This document shows, one piece after another, positions 39,134 through 52,089 of a DNA stretch of 64,000 nucleotides. The translations under genes and the position numbers were made by a program. Source of the DNA: Ramazzottius varieornatus (taxonomy: Eukaryota; Animalia; Tardigrada); assembly GCA_001949185.1 (NCBI GenBank), contig BDGG01000015.1, positions 253,036 to 317,035 on the forward strand, given 5' to 3'. Each line of letters begins with the position of its first letter. Position 1 is the first letter of the stretch. Under the pieces are notes generated by a model. The model ran no database searches and had not been told where the DNA came from. It worked only from the letters and a program-made list of their open reading frames with translations.

Positions 39134-42100
39134 ATGGCTGTGGTGAAGATGGAAGTTGACCAGGTGGCTCCTGCGGAAGATGTTCACGCACAACTCGAAC
39201 ATCCTCACGACAACGACGCCAACCCGCCTTTCGACCAAGCCCTAGAAGATCGCTTCCAAGCTCGCTGGGCACGTATTCGCGAAACTCTTCAAGATATCTT
39301 ATCCAAAAGGAAAGTCAGCCGAGCCATCTGGAACGAACGATTTTCGTAAGTGGGACAAACCCGAATTCGAAATTCCCAATTTTGTCTGATTTTCGTTAGG
39401 GGAACGCACTCTAGTTGATGTGTATCACAGTTGCGCACAGTTTGGGCGGCGCTTGTTGGATATTCACAATATAACTGTGCGTTTTGTGTGCACTGATGCT
39501 GGGTGCACATCGTTACAGTTGACTCTCCGTCGTATTTTTGCACATAAATTATCTTGATTCTCTTTCTTCAGAGATGTTTATGATGTGACCGTGAACTTCC
39601 CTCAGACTTACGTGGATCGTCTCTACGATAGCATCCGTAACGTCTTTGCCGTGCATGTCAGCAACGTCTGTTCCAACCTGCGTGGTGTGGCGGAGACAGA
39701 ACGTACCCGCCTTGAGCAGCTCCTACACGTCTACCTGCAAGAATGGAATAACTTTCGCGAGTCCCTCGAATTTATCAACAAGCTTTCCGGCCACCTGAAC
39801 CAGGCAGTGGTCAAACCTGCCAAGATCAACGACAGCGAGTTTCCCATGATCCATCTCGATATCCCTCTGCCCGACTTCAGCAACGACAAGATTGCCGTCA
39901 TGGAACTCGGCTGTAAGATGTGGTCGGAGAATGTGGTGACCCCTCTGCAGACTGAACTTACCGATACACTGCTACAACTCATCGCAAGGTTCGTCCATTT
40001 CTTAGAGATTTGGTCACGTTCCAGTGAAATGGTTCAATGTGTCTTTTTGATTTAGGGATCGAGAATGGAATGATCACTCCTCGAGTACCATCATCCACGA
40101 TGTGGTGGCTTCGTTAGTCGTCGTGGATGACTTCAAAGGACGACCGCCGCTGAAAACATACAAAGAAGTATAAAGTTCAATCTCGTGACTTCAGTCTGAA
40201 AATTCGGAACACTAATCTTTCTCGATTTTATTTTTTCAGGTTTTTGAGACGCCCTACATCGAGGCAACCGGTGTTCATTACCGAGTGGAAGCTGTCAAGG
40301 CAGTGAACTCCTGCTCCTGTTCGGTGTACGTCGAAAAGGTAAGGCTTTCGTCTCCTCCGGGGTGTTTCACTATCGAAACACCCCGGAGGAGACTGTTTTC
40401 CGGAAAAATTTAGCTCATTTGGTAGCTTGAGAAACAAACTTCGAGATCTTTGTTACGAGTGGCGCAAACTTCCAGCCGATAACACTGAACAAGTGCGGCA
40501 CTTGCGAGAACGGTGAAACTCGACTAGGTCGTTTTCCTCAGTGGCGCACGCTTCTAGCCAACAGCACCGAGAGCGTGCGCCACTTGGTGAGAACGGTCGT
40601 GCTTGTTTACCGAGCTCCCAGTTTCATCATCTGATGCTATTTCCGGTTGCAGGTGATCGCGAAGTTGAAAGAGGAAGATGAAAGAGCCACCCGACTCTGC
40701 CATTCTTCGTCCCTGGAGAAAGTGCGCGCAGAGATCCAGGCACGAATGGTGAACGACCGTCTTCCCTTCATCCTGTCCGAAAGTCGTGCCGTCATTGAGG
40801 AGCGACGCCACAAGGACCTGGTCAACCTTTATGAGGTCCTCAAACCTTCCATGGAAGGTATCGGTACCCTTCGCCTCCACTTTACCTCCTTCGTGGAAGA
40901 GAAGGCACGCGAAGCCGTAGGGAACAACTACGCCATCGAACCGCAAGACCTTGTGGAAAACTTGGTCAGGATACTCGCTCGCTTCGACGAAATGGTCACC
41001 GAGGTAGGTTGTACATTCTCTCTCTTTCGCACTAAAATAGTAAGGAAATCGAATTTTTCAGCGGATCTGTTTCTGTTCGGCAGACGAACTCGACAAGATG
41101 GTCTTCGCAAGTGGCGCACGCTTTCATAGTCATAGGCTGAAGATGCGCGCCACTTAGAAAAACGATCCTGTCGAGTTTGATTGCTTTCCCGCGTGGCGTG
41201 CCTCTTCGGTGAGGTTGGCAGACAACGTGTGAACTTATGAAAAACTGTTTTGCCGAGTCTGTTTACCGAGCTCTCAAAAAAATTGGTATAAATTCGGTAG
41301 CGCGAGCATTTTTCATTTACGGGAGAATTGATGTCAGTTGATACGGAGAATACGGAGAAATTGATGTCGGTTTATCGGCGCCAAGATGCAGGACGAATTT
41401 TTCAATATTCTACGATGGTTTCTTCTTATCTAGGTTTTCAGTTCAGATCCGATGTTCAAGAAAGCCGTCGAGGACGCTATCAGAATCGTCATCAACCAAC
41501 AGAGCGGGGCCGCGCCCTTCTTCGCCTCCGCGGAACTGATCGCCAAGTACTGCGACAATCTGCTGAGGAGAAGCCTAAAGAATGCCGCTGAAGTGGAGGA
41601 GAAGCTAGACGGTGCCATCAAGATCTTCAAGTTTCTCGATGACAAGGATGTGTTTCAACGGGTAAGTTTTTATATACTGCCGAAAGAATATCTTAAACAT
41701 CGGCAAATGCTTGAGTCTGATCGGTATTTCAAGTAACGCACTCTTCCATGATTGTTGGCTGAGAGCGTGCGCCAATTTGGGAAATAATCTGGGTGAATTC
41801 ATTTGCCCACGTCCCACATCAGTAAGTTGTGAAGAGTGTCTCTATTGTAGTTTTATTCGAGGATGATGGCGAAAAGGCTGATTAACAAGCAGTTCATTAG
41901 CGCGGAGGTGGAGACCTCGGTGGTGAATAAGTTGAGGGACGCCTGTGGGTGCGACTACACCGGTAAGCTGATGAGAATGCTGAGGGACATCCACGCTAGT
42001 ACGGTGATGATGGACAAGTTCACCGAGAAGTGCCCGATGAAACCCTTCAGGGCGAAATGCGAACTCTTCATCAACGTTCTAACGGTAAGAAAACAAGTCT

Positions 42101-44731
42101 GGGATTTTTTGCTCATTTTCTTGTAACTTTACGAGCGAACCCCAGTTTTCCATCATGCACCGGCATACAACAGTTTCGTAATGTTGTACGGCTTCGCGTA
42201 TGCAGGTGCGAAATACGAAACTGATTTACCATTTTCCGGTTTTGCAACAGGGAGTTCTTTATCTCACTCTTTTTTCCTACACGTTGTGATCCTTTTGTTA
42301 TGTTTCAGAGTGGAGTGTGGCCCATCCCCAGCTTTGACGTCCCGATGAACCTGCCCGCCTCACTGCAACCGGTGATCGAGTCCTTCAACACGTTCTACAG
42401 CGAAGAGTACTCTGGTCGGCGTCTCACCTGGATTTTCCAGCTGGGTAGCGTCGACGTCAAGCTGAACTTCATGAAGCGGCCAGTCCTGGCCACCATGAAT
42501 ATCCAGCAGCTGGCCATCTGCCTGGCCTTCCTCAACACCGACACCGTCTCCCTCTTCGACATGAAGGACATCACCGGCATGCCTGATGAGTACCTCGACA
42601 CTAACAGCGACTGTCTGGTAGCTGCTGGTATTCTTCGAAGACACCAGTCAACCGAAAGGTAAGCTAGAACGGCGTCAGAAACTTAAAATTCGAGTAAGAA
42701 CACCTCAAATGGCTTTTATTGCTCCTACTATGTTAAGGGGTCGTAGTAGGTTCAGATGCTACTCAGTCAGTACTACGTAGGCGGAAGCACGTAGGGGGTT
42801 CAGTAAGTTTTAAAGCTGCGCTCACCAGAAACTCTGTGGTCGGTCGGTCTCAGCTACTTTTTGCGTGAAGTAAAGGCAACTTATGGGGAATTTTGCAAAA
42901 CTAATAACTATAAAGCCACCCATCCCAGGTATTCGAAAAACTGCATTTTCACGATCGGCGCGGATAACTCGAGAATAACATCGCGAAATGCGCGAGTCTA
43001 GGAGAAAAATCGGAGAACAACCTTTGACATCTTTTCAAAAAATTATTGGAAAGTGCTCCGCACACCACCGAAAACCACCATTGTCTCCGCACACCACCTT
43101 TCACCACCGTTTGTCTGGACGTACCACCTTTCGTTCACCACTGTTATCAATTAGAATTCAAAATCTCCGCGCACCATTTTTGTTTCTAAGAAATGCGTGA
43201 AGGCGGTTACAAATGAGGATTGGTTTCCGGACACCGAGAGAAGATGATCGACAACTATCTGCTGCGTCTAGAAGCTTGAACACGACTTTTAGACGATGGC
43301 TAACCGCAGAACGACCAACCTCTGACAACCCTTCCAGCAACTTTGACAGGACTTCCCGCACCACGATTCAACAAACGGCTGGGCGAGGAACCTATGCCGT
43401 TAGAGTAGAAGAGGAGAGCAACCACAACGGCTATGAGCGGAGATCTTCCCAGGGACTTCGTTACTGCACATCTGGCGAATGTGGCTTTCTCCAACTTGGA
43501 CATAGCTTTCTCTATCAACAACTATGATCTGCTCGAAGACGATGTATTGCGTATCAGTAGCGGGGATACCATCTCACCCGAAGTAGTCACTGCAATGGTG
43601 TCGTTGATCAAAACTGTGAGACCAATTGTGGCTCCCCTACGGACAGAAACTACAGGAGGATGAAGAGCTCGCTTGTAGCTACGCGTCTGTACAACATCAG
43701 CAGAACGGCGTCGACTGCGGCTTCTTCGCATGCGCGTTTGCCTACGAGCTCATTAACGGCCGAGATGAGGAGACAGCGTCTTTCTCAGGCAAAGAACTGC
43801 GAAAGTGGCTCCTAGACAGTTTCAACAGTGAGAAGATCGAGAAACTGTCGCGCCGTCGAGGGAGACCTGGTACCCCAGTAGGATATCGAAGCGCAGTCAC
43901 CATAACCAAAGAGTCAGCGGTGTTGTGGCAAGTTCGGAGAACAGGGAAAACCCACGATCCTAAAGATCCCGCTGTTGACAAACACTTCTTGCCGCCTGTA
44001 ATTACGATAGAAGCGTGATTTGTTTTCCTCTCTGAAAGTAATAAAAACCGATCTGGCAAAAGTGGTGTTCGAATTTCCTGGTGGTGGACCTTAATTAGAA
44101 AGTGATGTACGGAGTAAACGGTGGTGACGATTTAAAATTAAAAGGTGGTGTCTGGAGACAAAAATGGTGAAAGGTGGTGTGCGGAGCCTTCCCCAAAATT
44201 ATTTCTCCTTCTGTTCGGGTTCGTGTACCAGGTAGCTCAAATTTTGAGGGTAGTGGTAAGAAGGGATGGTCTATCTCTTGAAAGCGTGCGCTGGGAAATA
44301 GCACTCTCAGGCGGCCTGTGCCTGAAATTTATTGAACCACCTATGTACAATTTGAATTACAGTTTAGTTCCGGGTGTGTTTTCCGCAGTGGTGCGACACA
44401 GTTGTCCCTCAACCTAGACTTTGCTCCCAAGAAGCCAAAGATTAAGATCTTGGCACCGGTAACAAAGGAGCAGCCTCAGCAGGAACGGGAAGAGACGGAA
44501 CGGTCGACCGGCGATATGCGGCAAGTGTTCCTCCAAGCTGCTGTTTGCCGGATCATGAAGAGTCAGCACACGATGAGCTACGCCAACCTCGTCAACGAGG
44601 TAAGGAGTCAGACACAAGACCGCTTCCCGGCCACGGAAGCCATGGTGAAGAAGACCATCGAGGTGTTGCTCGAGAAAGAGTATATAAGACGATCTTTGAC
44701 TGCGCAAGAAGTGTACGAGTACATAACTTAG
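39134..44731 (+). CDS. CUL2: Cullin-2
   Basis: CUL2-type N-terminus RAIWNERFSDVY...[64 protein letters not shown], and neddylation domain LQAAVCRIMKS...IEVLLEKEYIRR...YEYIT*. Confidence 0.93.
41075..41275. repeat. Hairpin MITE family copy, CUL2 intron
   Basis: AACTCGACAAGAT..CAAGTGGCGCACG..GCGCGCCACTT..AACGATCCTGTCGAGTTT...CCGAGCTCTC. Confidence 0.75.
43048..44194 (+). mobile_element. Mutator-like (MULE) non-autonomous element in a CUL2 intron, carrying a ULP1/C48 protease remnant
   Basis: Perfect 9-bp TSD AAAATTATT (43039-43047, 44195-44203). GG-starting imperfect TIRs containing GCTCCGCACACCACC, with CACCACC subterminal repeats. Confidence 0.88.
43433..44018 (+). pseudogene. ULP1/SENP-like cysteine protease fragment
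   Basis: QHQQNGVDCGFFACAF is the C48 catalytic Gln/Cys motif. Upstream SGDTISPEVVTAMVSLIK resembles the domain start. The His-containing segment is absent and the two pieces are in different frames. Confidence 0.7.
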
Positions 44732-45398
44732 TGTAGAGTGCATAGGTGTTTATTCTGTTGTATTGTTATATTCACATGTACATCCTTTCGTATTATCTTT
44801 TACTGTTGTGATCATCAAAGCGTCACTTTCATCAGACCATACCTAATTCTTTAGCTGCTGTACACAATAGCATGTCATGCACCTGCCACCTTGAATTCTT
44901 TCGCTCACGATGACATGATGCTGGTTGGCCATGTAAATTTCGAAAACTTTTCGGTTCTGTCGTGCCGTAGCTCCTATGATCAAACAGCTTTGACCGCTGG
45001 GTAACGGACGGTACATTCCATCCCGAAACTTACCGGCAGGAAGAAGTGAATTTTCACGATGGGAAATAGATCGTTAACAGAAGCAGAATTGGGCTGCCAT
45101 GGAATGACCTTGCTTCAGCTCGACTGATTTTTGTTTTCAATGACAATAACGGAGTGTATCCGCAGGGGCCTGAGCTGTGAAAAAATTTTAAGGTGTCAGT
45201 CTACTGCATCATGGTTGACTCTGCTATAACCATAGGAGGAGAGCATAGCGGACTTGTCACTGCAAAATCGCATGGCGTACTTGTCCGCTTTCAGGCCGCG
45301 CGGTGGCGACACGTCCTATTGCGGCGGCACAGGACAGCCTTACCTTTCACAACCTAACGAAACGCGACACGCACGTAGTTAATAATTATACATTGTCA

Positions 45399-46165
45399 TG
45401 GTCGCAGCTTTTCTTCCCGTCTTCTTCCATCTTATTGTGTCCTATGTAACTAGATGTTCTACTCAACGATAAACACGCTGCGGCTATGCTGAAGCGGAAG
45501 ACTTTATATCGCGAATGGATGGAATGTGCTGATAGTTATGGCATACTCGGCAAGAACAACGATTGCTACAGGTACCGTTACAATGACAGGGCATACGTAC
45601 CTTTTGGACTGACGGCAATTTCTCGATCATCCGGGGTTAAACTACTGACCACGCAAGACTGACCTTTTTGTAGAAGTCAGTGTTACCGAATGCGTAGCTG
45701 GTTCTACCTTCAATACGACTTACAGGCATTTGGCTCACGTCAACGTGACAGACTGTGCATCAGACAATCCTGAGACCTTGTCTAAATTAGTGACCAAGTG
45801 CACTGATATCTTTCTAACACCGAAAGTCGCAAAAACGATAAGTAGAAACACAGGATGCCAGCCGATATTTTTCTACGACAAGGACGGCGTGACATGTGCG
45901 GTAGGACTGTTTAATTTGTGAAAAGTCAGAGGAATACCGTCCTTCGTTGATCTAGACCATGTAAGCTTTCTGTGCTCTTTTTTTATTGGTTTGTTTGACT
46001 TGCACTGACCAATGTGATTGCGAGCATGCCTTGATTACGTCCTGTATGAAAAGGTAAAGCCCGCCAGTCTAAAACTTGGAAGATCTTCCGAGCTCCGTCG
46101 CAGCTTGTTTTGAACAGTATTATTTTAAGCAACCATTGTGCGTGTACATCGGAGAATTGTGTAAT
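45399..46165 (+). pseudogene. Ly6/quiver-like three-finger protein, copy A (degraded)
   Basis: Signal-like MVAAFLPVFFHLIVSY, Cys-rich exon DCASDNP...KCT...GCQPIFFYDKDGVT, then NVI-RACLD and HCACTSENC. Stop codon, frameshifts and a mutated acceptor. Confidence 0.55.
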
Positions 46166-47699
46166 ATCAATGGAAGTGCACAAAAGAATTCAAGGGGAAA
46201 GTTGGGTTTATGTGCTCACTCTTGAAGTGCTCAAGAGTGTTGGGAAGCAGACTATACCTTCGAAATCGGCTACGGCATTACACAGCTGACTCCAGCTTCC
46301 CAAGAAGAGCGTAAAAGATGCAGAGAGTGAATTCCGCCGATCCGATCGTTCTCCGGTCGTCTCCAGTCTTCAGCACTCGTTTCTCAGAAAGTTAGATATC
46401 CATGACGAACAAGTAAAGAGACGGTTTGCCATGCGAGTTAAGATGGAGGAAAACAAATGCCAGACCACAACTGAAATTCCGAAAACGAAATTTTACGACA
46501 GTCAGCACGCGACCGGAAGCGAGCAAATCACCTATCAGAAACTCATTCTGATTAGGCGCCACCTCCTTATCGGGAGAAACCACAGAACCGTCTGGATTTT
46601 TTTATGGTTTGTGCTGGTGTGACATCAGCACATCAGGTTTACCTCGGAAAACCCTCAGCTTCACTGGGAAGCCGACGGTTGGGAGAGGTTTAGCCACAGA
46701 AACATTAGTTTATTTTAATGTGAAAAGGCTTGTGGCAACAGGGCTAGTGACCACAAGTGTTGGAAAAAACTGCAATCGCCGGCAACGCTGGAATCCTTGG
46801 GAACCCACTAAACGCTGAAAACGCTGTAAACTGTGGAAATGCTGTAACTTCTTACAGTTAGAAGTTCGGTACCGGTTTCGGCGTAGCAGTTAACGTTGGG
46901 TCCTCTGGATCCACGATATGGAAATGGGCTAACCTGGTTATACCTGCAATTGCCTTCTTTATTATTTTCCTCACTTCTTTTACGGCTCTCATATCGCGTA
47001 ATGGCTCCATTTGTCTTCTCAGGAGGTAACTGCAAATGCCTAAGATCTGACTAGATGACGAGTTCACGTTGATATGTGTACCTGTCGGGAATCGAATGCG
47101 TTTTGTGGAGATCGGCAGGTTCTATCAATAGCTTGCACTGCGCCGTAAGTACGGAAGTTCCGTGGAAGGAGAAAAAGCGCCGAAAGGTCGATAAGGTCGA
47201 CTGTACGTGCGATAAAGTCGACCGTACACGTACCGGCCTTCATAGTTAGCCGAGACACAAATGTTGCCCCACATTTTCTGAGCGTACTAGAAAACCGACT
47301 GTTTTGCTTTCCTCTGGTGGACCTGACAATTTTAAAAGCAGTGTGATAATGATTTAGTCGGGTCGATCGAGTCGCTGATCGCCGAAATGAACGGAGACGG
47401 GGGCTTATAATTATGTCCCGGCTAACACTCAGGGCCGGTGCGTGTACACTGTCTGGCAGGGCTGTAGACCAAAGACTGGAACCTCCGTTTGGACATACCC
47501 GGGAAGCAGAATCCTTCCTTTATAATGATAATTTTATGCTCAACTTGCAACTTTCGGAAAAAAAAGATCACCTGGCATACTGTGTAAAGTGATAAGCCTC
47601 ACTTCTTCAGTACTTCACAGGGCAGATTCCTACATGCCGAAGCGAGCTAACGTAGTTGTGTTTGTGCTGTGTGTATGGCAGATGTATACGTTGTTAGAC

Positions 47700-48420
47700 A
47701 GTTACGTGTCTGCTTGTTATATTGCACAGCGGCATCTTTGGCTTTTCCCAACGGTTACTCGAGTCTCCAAAAGGAAATCAAAAGTTTGCCGCACTGTCCC
47801 TGTTAAGCTACCTTGCCAGAAACATACTGAAGAGTTAAAGATGATCACTGTGTGTCGTTTCTCTGGAATGCCCAACCGAGAGGGTAAGAGTAATTCCGCT
47901 CACCGATATAACCGCCAAGGCTCTCAACAAGTTATAACAACTAGTTCGTCGAAATGGGTTAACACGTCACGACTCACAAAGAAATGGTACCTTCATCCAT
48001 CGGCGGCTGCACATCCTTCAATGCGCGTCACCTTACCTTCGAACCTATCACGCGTTCTCCACAAGATGTCAGGAAAGAGGAGAGCCAGTGGTCCGTGGAG
48101 CATGTCTCCTCGCCTTCTACCGTTGTTCCCCTTCTACATCACCGAGCCTCTGACCTATCCCATCAACGCCTCCATAAGGGTGAGTATCCTGACGTCTTCA
48201 AAGTGCCTGCCATTACGCCAACACCAAAGGCTATCGCGACCAGCCTACCCGACCATTTCCGACCGATCTCATTCATCGCGAACCTTTCCAAAGTCTTTGG
48301 GAGAGTCGTCCGCAGTCAACTCGTGCACCACAATGAAGGAGCCCAACCTCCTTTCCAAAAGACAATCCAGCTTTCGAAATGACCGGCATGTTGATGGCTT
48401 GATGCCACCACCTTGCAATT
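47700..48420 (+). mobile_element. Non-LTR retrotransposon (CR1/L2/Jockey-like) RT-upstream fragment
   Basis: ITEPLTYPINASI / GEYPDVFKVPAITPTPK...DHFRPISFIANLSKVFGRVV is the conserved block preceding LINE RT; frameshifted and truncated. Confidence 0.75.
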
Positions 48421-50523
48421 TGAGGAAAACGTAGCGTCAACATTTGGCGTTATTTTGGCATGTTTTGGTATAGACTGCGCAAGTTCGGCAAAAGACACAG
48501 GAAAAGGTTTCAAGGACCCGGAAATGTGCAGCACTTTTCATACCATAAGGTGGGCGCAGTAAAAAAATTTTCCTCACTACATGCATATTTTCAAATAATT
48601 CCGCTAACGTTATCCTGTTCGAAAGTCCGCCGGACACAAGCAAAAATCTGTCTTGCTATGATATCCAATACGGGCGGGATTTACGACGGACAAATTGGGT
48701 CAGTCGAAAAACTGAAGCAAGAAATTTGCCGCTTATTTCCATTTTCGAAATCTGTATGCGACTAAAAGAAGACGAACTACATTTGACTTGTAAGCATAGA
48801 TGATTGTCTCCGACATTGAGCATAGATGGCTGTACTCAGATGGATTTGCTGCTCCTGATTCTCCGCGATAAATAATTTCTATAGATCACCCCATCTCCCC
48901 AGCCTTACCCATCCCTGGAAGTTAACACTCGCACCTGTGCTTACGAGAACGCGGAGAACCAATGGTCATGCAGTTTTAGCGCGTGTTGCGTACGGCAACG
49001 ACGAATATCCGTCCGTGACCTATAGTGTCCTCAGAAAATTGTATGTTTGTCGGAAGCGTCAGGCAGCTTTCTTTTGGTGGATTTTGCTCTTGTGTCAATT
49101 AATAGCTGAAATTTTCTACTCAAGAATCAAAGTGTCGCAGCAACCCTCTCCAGTTGAGGGACATAATGCCAAGTACACATGGGTTGGTTTAATGGTTGTG
49201 GTACACTTCGCAAAATCAACGGTTTCTGGAGGTACCAGCGGAACGACAGAACAAAGTCCTAGACGACAACAGTATTCATCATCCGGAAGTAAACGATCGA
49301 TGACGATAAACTGAATCTTCTTGTAGGCATCACCGAATGCATACAGTGTGCTACGTTTGCTGCCGGACCCTCCACGATGAGGCATAACGAACCAGACTGT
49401 GCATCAGACATCCTTATGACTCTGAAAAAATTTGCCGCCCCGTGCAGTAATGTCCCGGGCTCAGTGTGGGATATCGATGATACGCAGTGTTATCAAGAAT
49501 TTCACTACGGCGACGATGGCGAGACAGGTATAGCTAGTAGATATTGTACGGTATAAAACTGCGATAATTAGTATAGACTCAGTAAGCGGTTCAGGCCGGC
49601 CAGCAGTAGACGGTGAACCCCGGCGAGACCTTTGTGAATCAGACATTATCCAGGATTCTTTCGCCAGGATCGTAACAGCGGTATAACCGTTAGGAACCTG
49701 GTGGATGCATGGTGGATTTAGCCCACGGAGATGCGCAGGGGGGGGGGACAAGGGTGGTTTTCCGCCCGTTCTTCCTTTCTGATGTGTATACAGGCTGTTC
49801 CCTTCTCGAGGCTTGAAGATTCTGCTGAGCACTGCTCCGCGTCAGTGTTGATTTCCGTCGGGCATAAATTCCAACCGCGCGATTAATCAAGCACAAATGT
49901 TCCACTGAGACTGCATAGTATAAACTCGCTTTTGTAACTCGGTTTTTATAACAGTTTTCTATACCAGTCTTCGTTAAATTGTGTCGCTTGATTGATCGTT
50001 AAGTATGTAGATCATGCCCAGACTGAAATCAACACTGGTCCGCGTTTATGTGGAATTTCATCCTGTGAGAATTTATTGTATGTCTGATGTACACCTTCGT
50101 CAATTCCGGATGACTTGATCGAAGGTCTGCCGGACGAATTCGTCAGTTGCATGCGGCGAACCTTTCCCAATCGAAAGCCCGTTCCAACCATGACCTGTGA
50201 GCTAACCTAGCATCCATGATGACATTCTGAGGAACTGTTTCTAAAATCCAGTTAACCACACGACCTCGGAAAAGTCATGTCCACAAAATATCTTTCGATC
50301 CTAAGCAACTGGTCGGAGATGTATTCAAACAGTTCTCATATGCCAAGTAAAATTTTTCAGAAATTCAGACAAAAATCATATAGTATTATAAAGCAACAAA
50401 AGCTTCTCTATCTTCCCATAAGTTATTTTCCGAAGTTGTGTGCAAAATTTTGGGCGATTCCGATCAGTAGCTTTCGCCTGGAAAGATGTACAGAAAAAAA
50501 TACTTTGTCGTAGTTATAGATTA

Positions 50524-51135
50524 GATTACGTCATCAAACTGTGCAACTGTGCATTGCTCAAGAGCCTTTTTCGTGTTTGATGACGATATGTTCAGCCGGG
50601 TACCACGAGCACAGAGGATAATTTCCGGTTCGCCACCCAGCTCTTTCCCTAGCACTCGGTCGGTAGTTTAAAATAGTCAGATCAGTTGTTCGCCTATGCG
50701 AACATGTTGTGCGACTAATATTTTGCTTGGGTAATGTGCTACGTCCGTCGACTCAACAGTTATTCGAGCTAGGTCAGTCTTCCCTTGATTGTACACTTCC
50801 TGCTGCTTGTAGTGACTAAAGTGCGGCGAGGCTGCATTGCCGGGACGCTCCCGAACTGCACTCAGAGTACTGCCCGGAGGCTCTGCGTCTGCCACAACGC
50901 GAACAATTGCAACATTAATGGAGGTGCAGGAAGGTTTTCAGGTGGAAGTGTCTCGGCGTCTCTCCCTGCCCCTAGCAGTGACCCGAAGCCAGTTGTGGAT
51001 TCGGGAAGTAATGCAGTTGTGGACAGCAGTATCGCTCCCGCTACTGTCGCATCAAGTGCATCTTTGGCGGATAGAGAGTGGATCGGCGTTATTGTACCTT
51101 TGACTGTTTTGCTGAATCGTTTCGCCATGTCCTAA
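50524..51135 (+). CDS. Ly6/quiver-like GPI-anchored protein, 3' exons (copy B)
   Basis: Exon from ~50812: KVRRGCIAGTLPNC...LCVCHNANNCN, then an S/A/P-rich stalk and hydrophobic tail WIGVIVPLTVLL. Putative upstream exon HCSRAFFVFDDD; 5' end not found. Confidence 0.6.
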
Positions 51136-52089
51136 ACGGCAGATATCGTCTTGTTTTGTGAAAGTTAGTCTAGAAGTTTCACGACTTTACGGTGGTAAAA
51201 ATAACCAGGAGTAAATGTAAGAGATTCACCTCTATTGAAAAAGGAACCGCCATTGCTCGGGTATTCGTTCTCGTTTTATTCTAAATCTGTTATGAATCGC
51301 CTTCGCACACTTGCAATTTTTGATTGTGAGAGTGATGATTCAATGACCATAGTATACCCTACCCGACCATCGTTGGGTCAGAGCTGTGGTCATGGTCATA
51401 CGGTCAAGCGATCATGGTCGGGCTGCGTCCACCCTCCTTGCCATCATCGGTTGTCTTTCTGAATGGCAGCGTACTGTATACTATGTTGGTTTTTACTGAT
51501 TATCGGCACCCTATAGCGTGGTCGTGATTAGGATTTGGGTCAGTGCTACCCAAAGGTTTATCAGCCCCTAACCGTGCTGCCTTCAGGGTTAGGCTAGCAG
51601 ACCAATTAAGCGTGGAAAACGATATATCCCATATCGAAAATTTTTCTCGCCGATTGCCTGATTATTCGAAACGCCTGATCCTTGTAAACCAAATGCGGAA
51701 AACAGACGGACTTCACATCGGACTTCACATTGATCTTGTTAACCGTGGAATGGTGTTCGGATACGGCCTAACCCGGAGCGAGCAAAGCCAATTCTAAAAA
51801 TATTCGCTCAAATACCTGTGCAGTCTGAAAGAACTGTGCACGCTTGATAAACAATGAGTTTGCTGGCCAACGGCCGGTGAAATTTAAACCAGAATGACGC
51901 TTTCTGTATCACGGAAATAACTTTCTTCCGCAGTTTTCACTTTTCAGCGAATCTGCTTACAGTGAGCAGTGTAAGTTAGTTAGAAGTGCCATAAAACATT
52001 TTGCAATAAATTTTAGTCAGCAGAATCAACCATCAGGTGTTTTATGTAGTATCTGTGTGTCTTGTTGCGGGGATGTGCAGGGCAACGAT

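Noticed and set aside
640-41800. GTGGCGCAC palindromic repeats as CRISPR or REP arrays
   Set aside because: The copies are dispersed, degenerate and intronic in a eukaryotic genome, with no regular repeat-spacer array and no cas genes.
49116-49440. Minus-strand ORF fragment possibly from a transposase
   Set aside because: No diagnostic catalytic motif or element ends visible.
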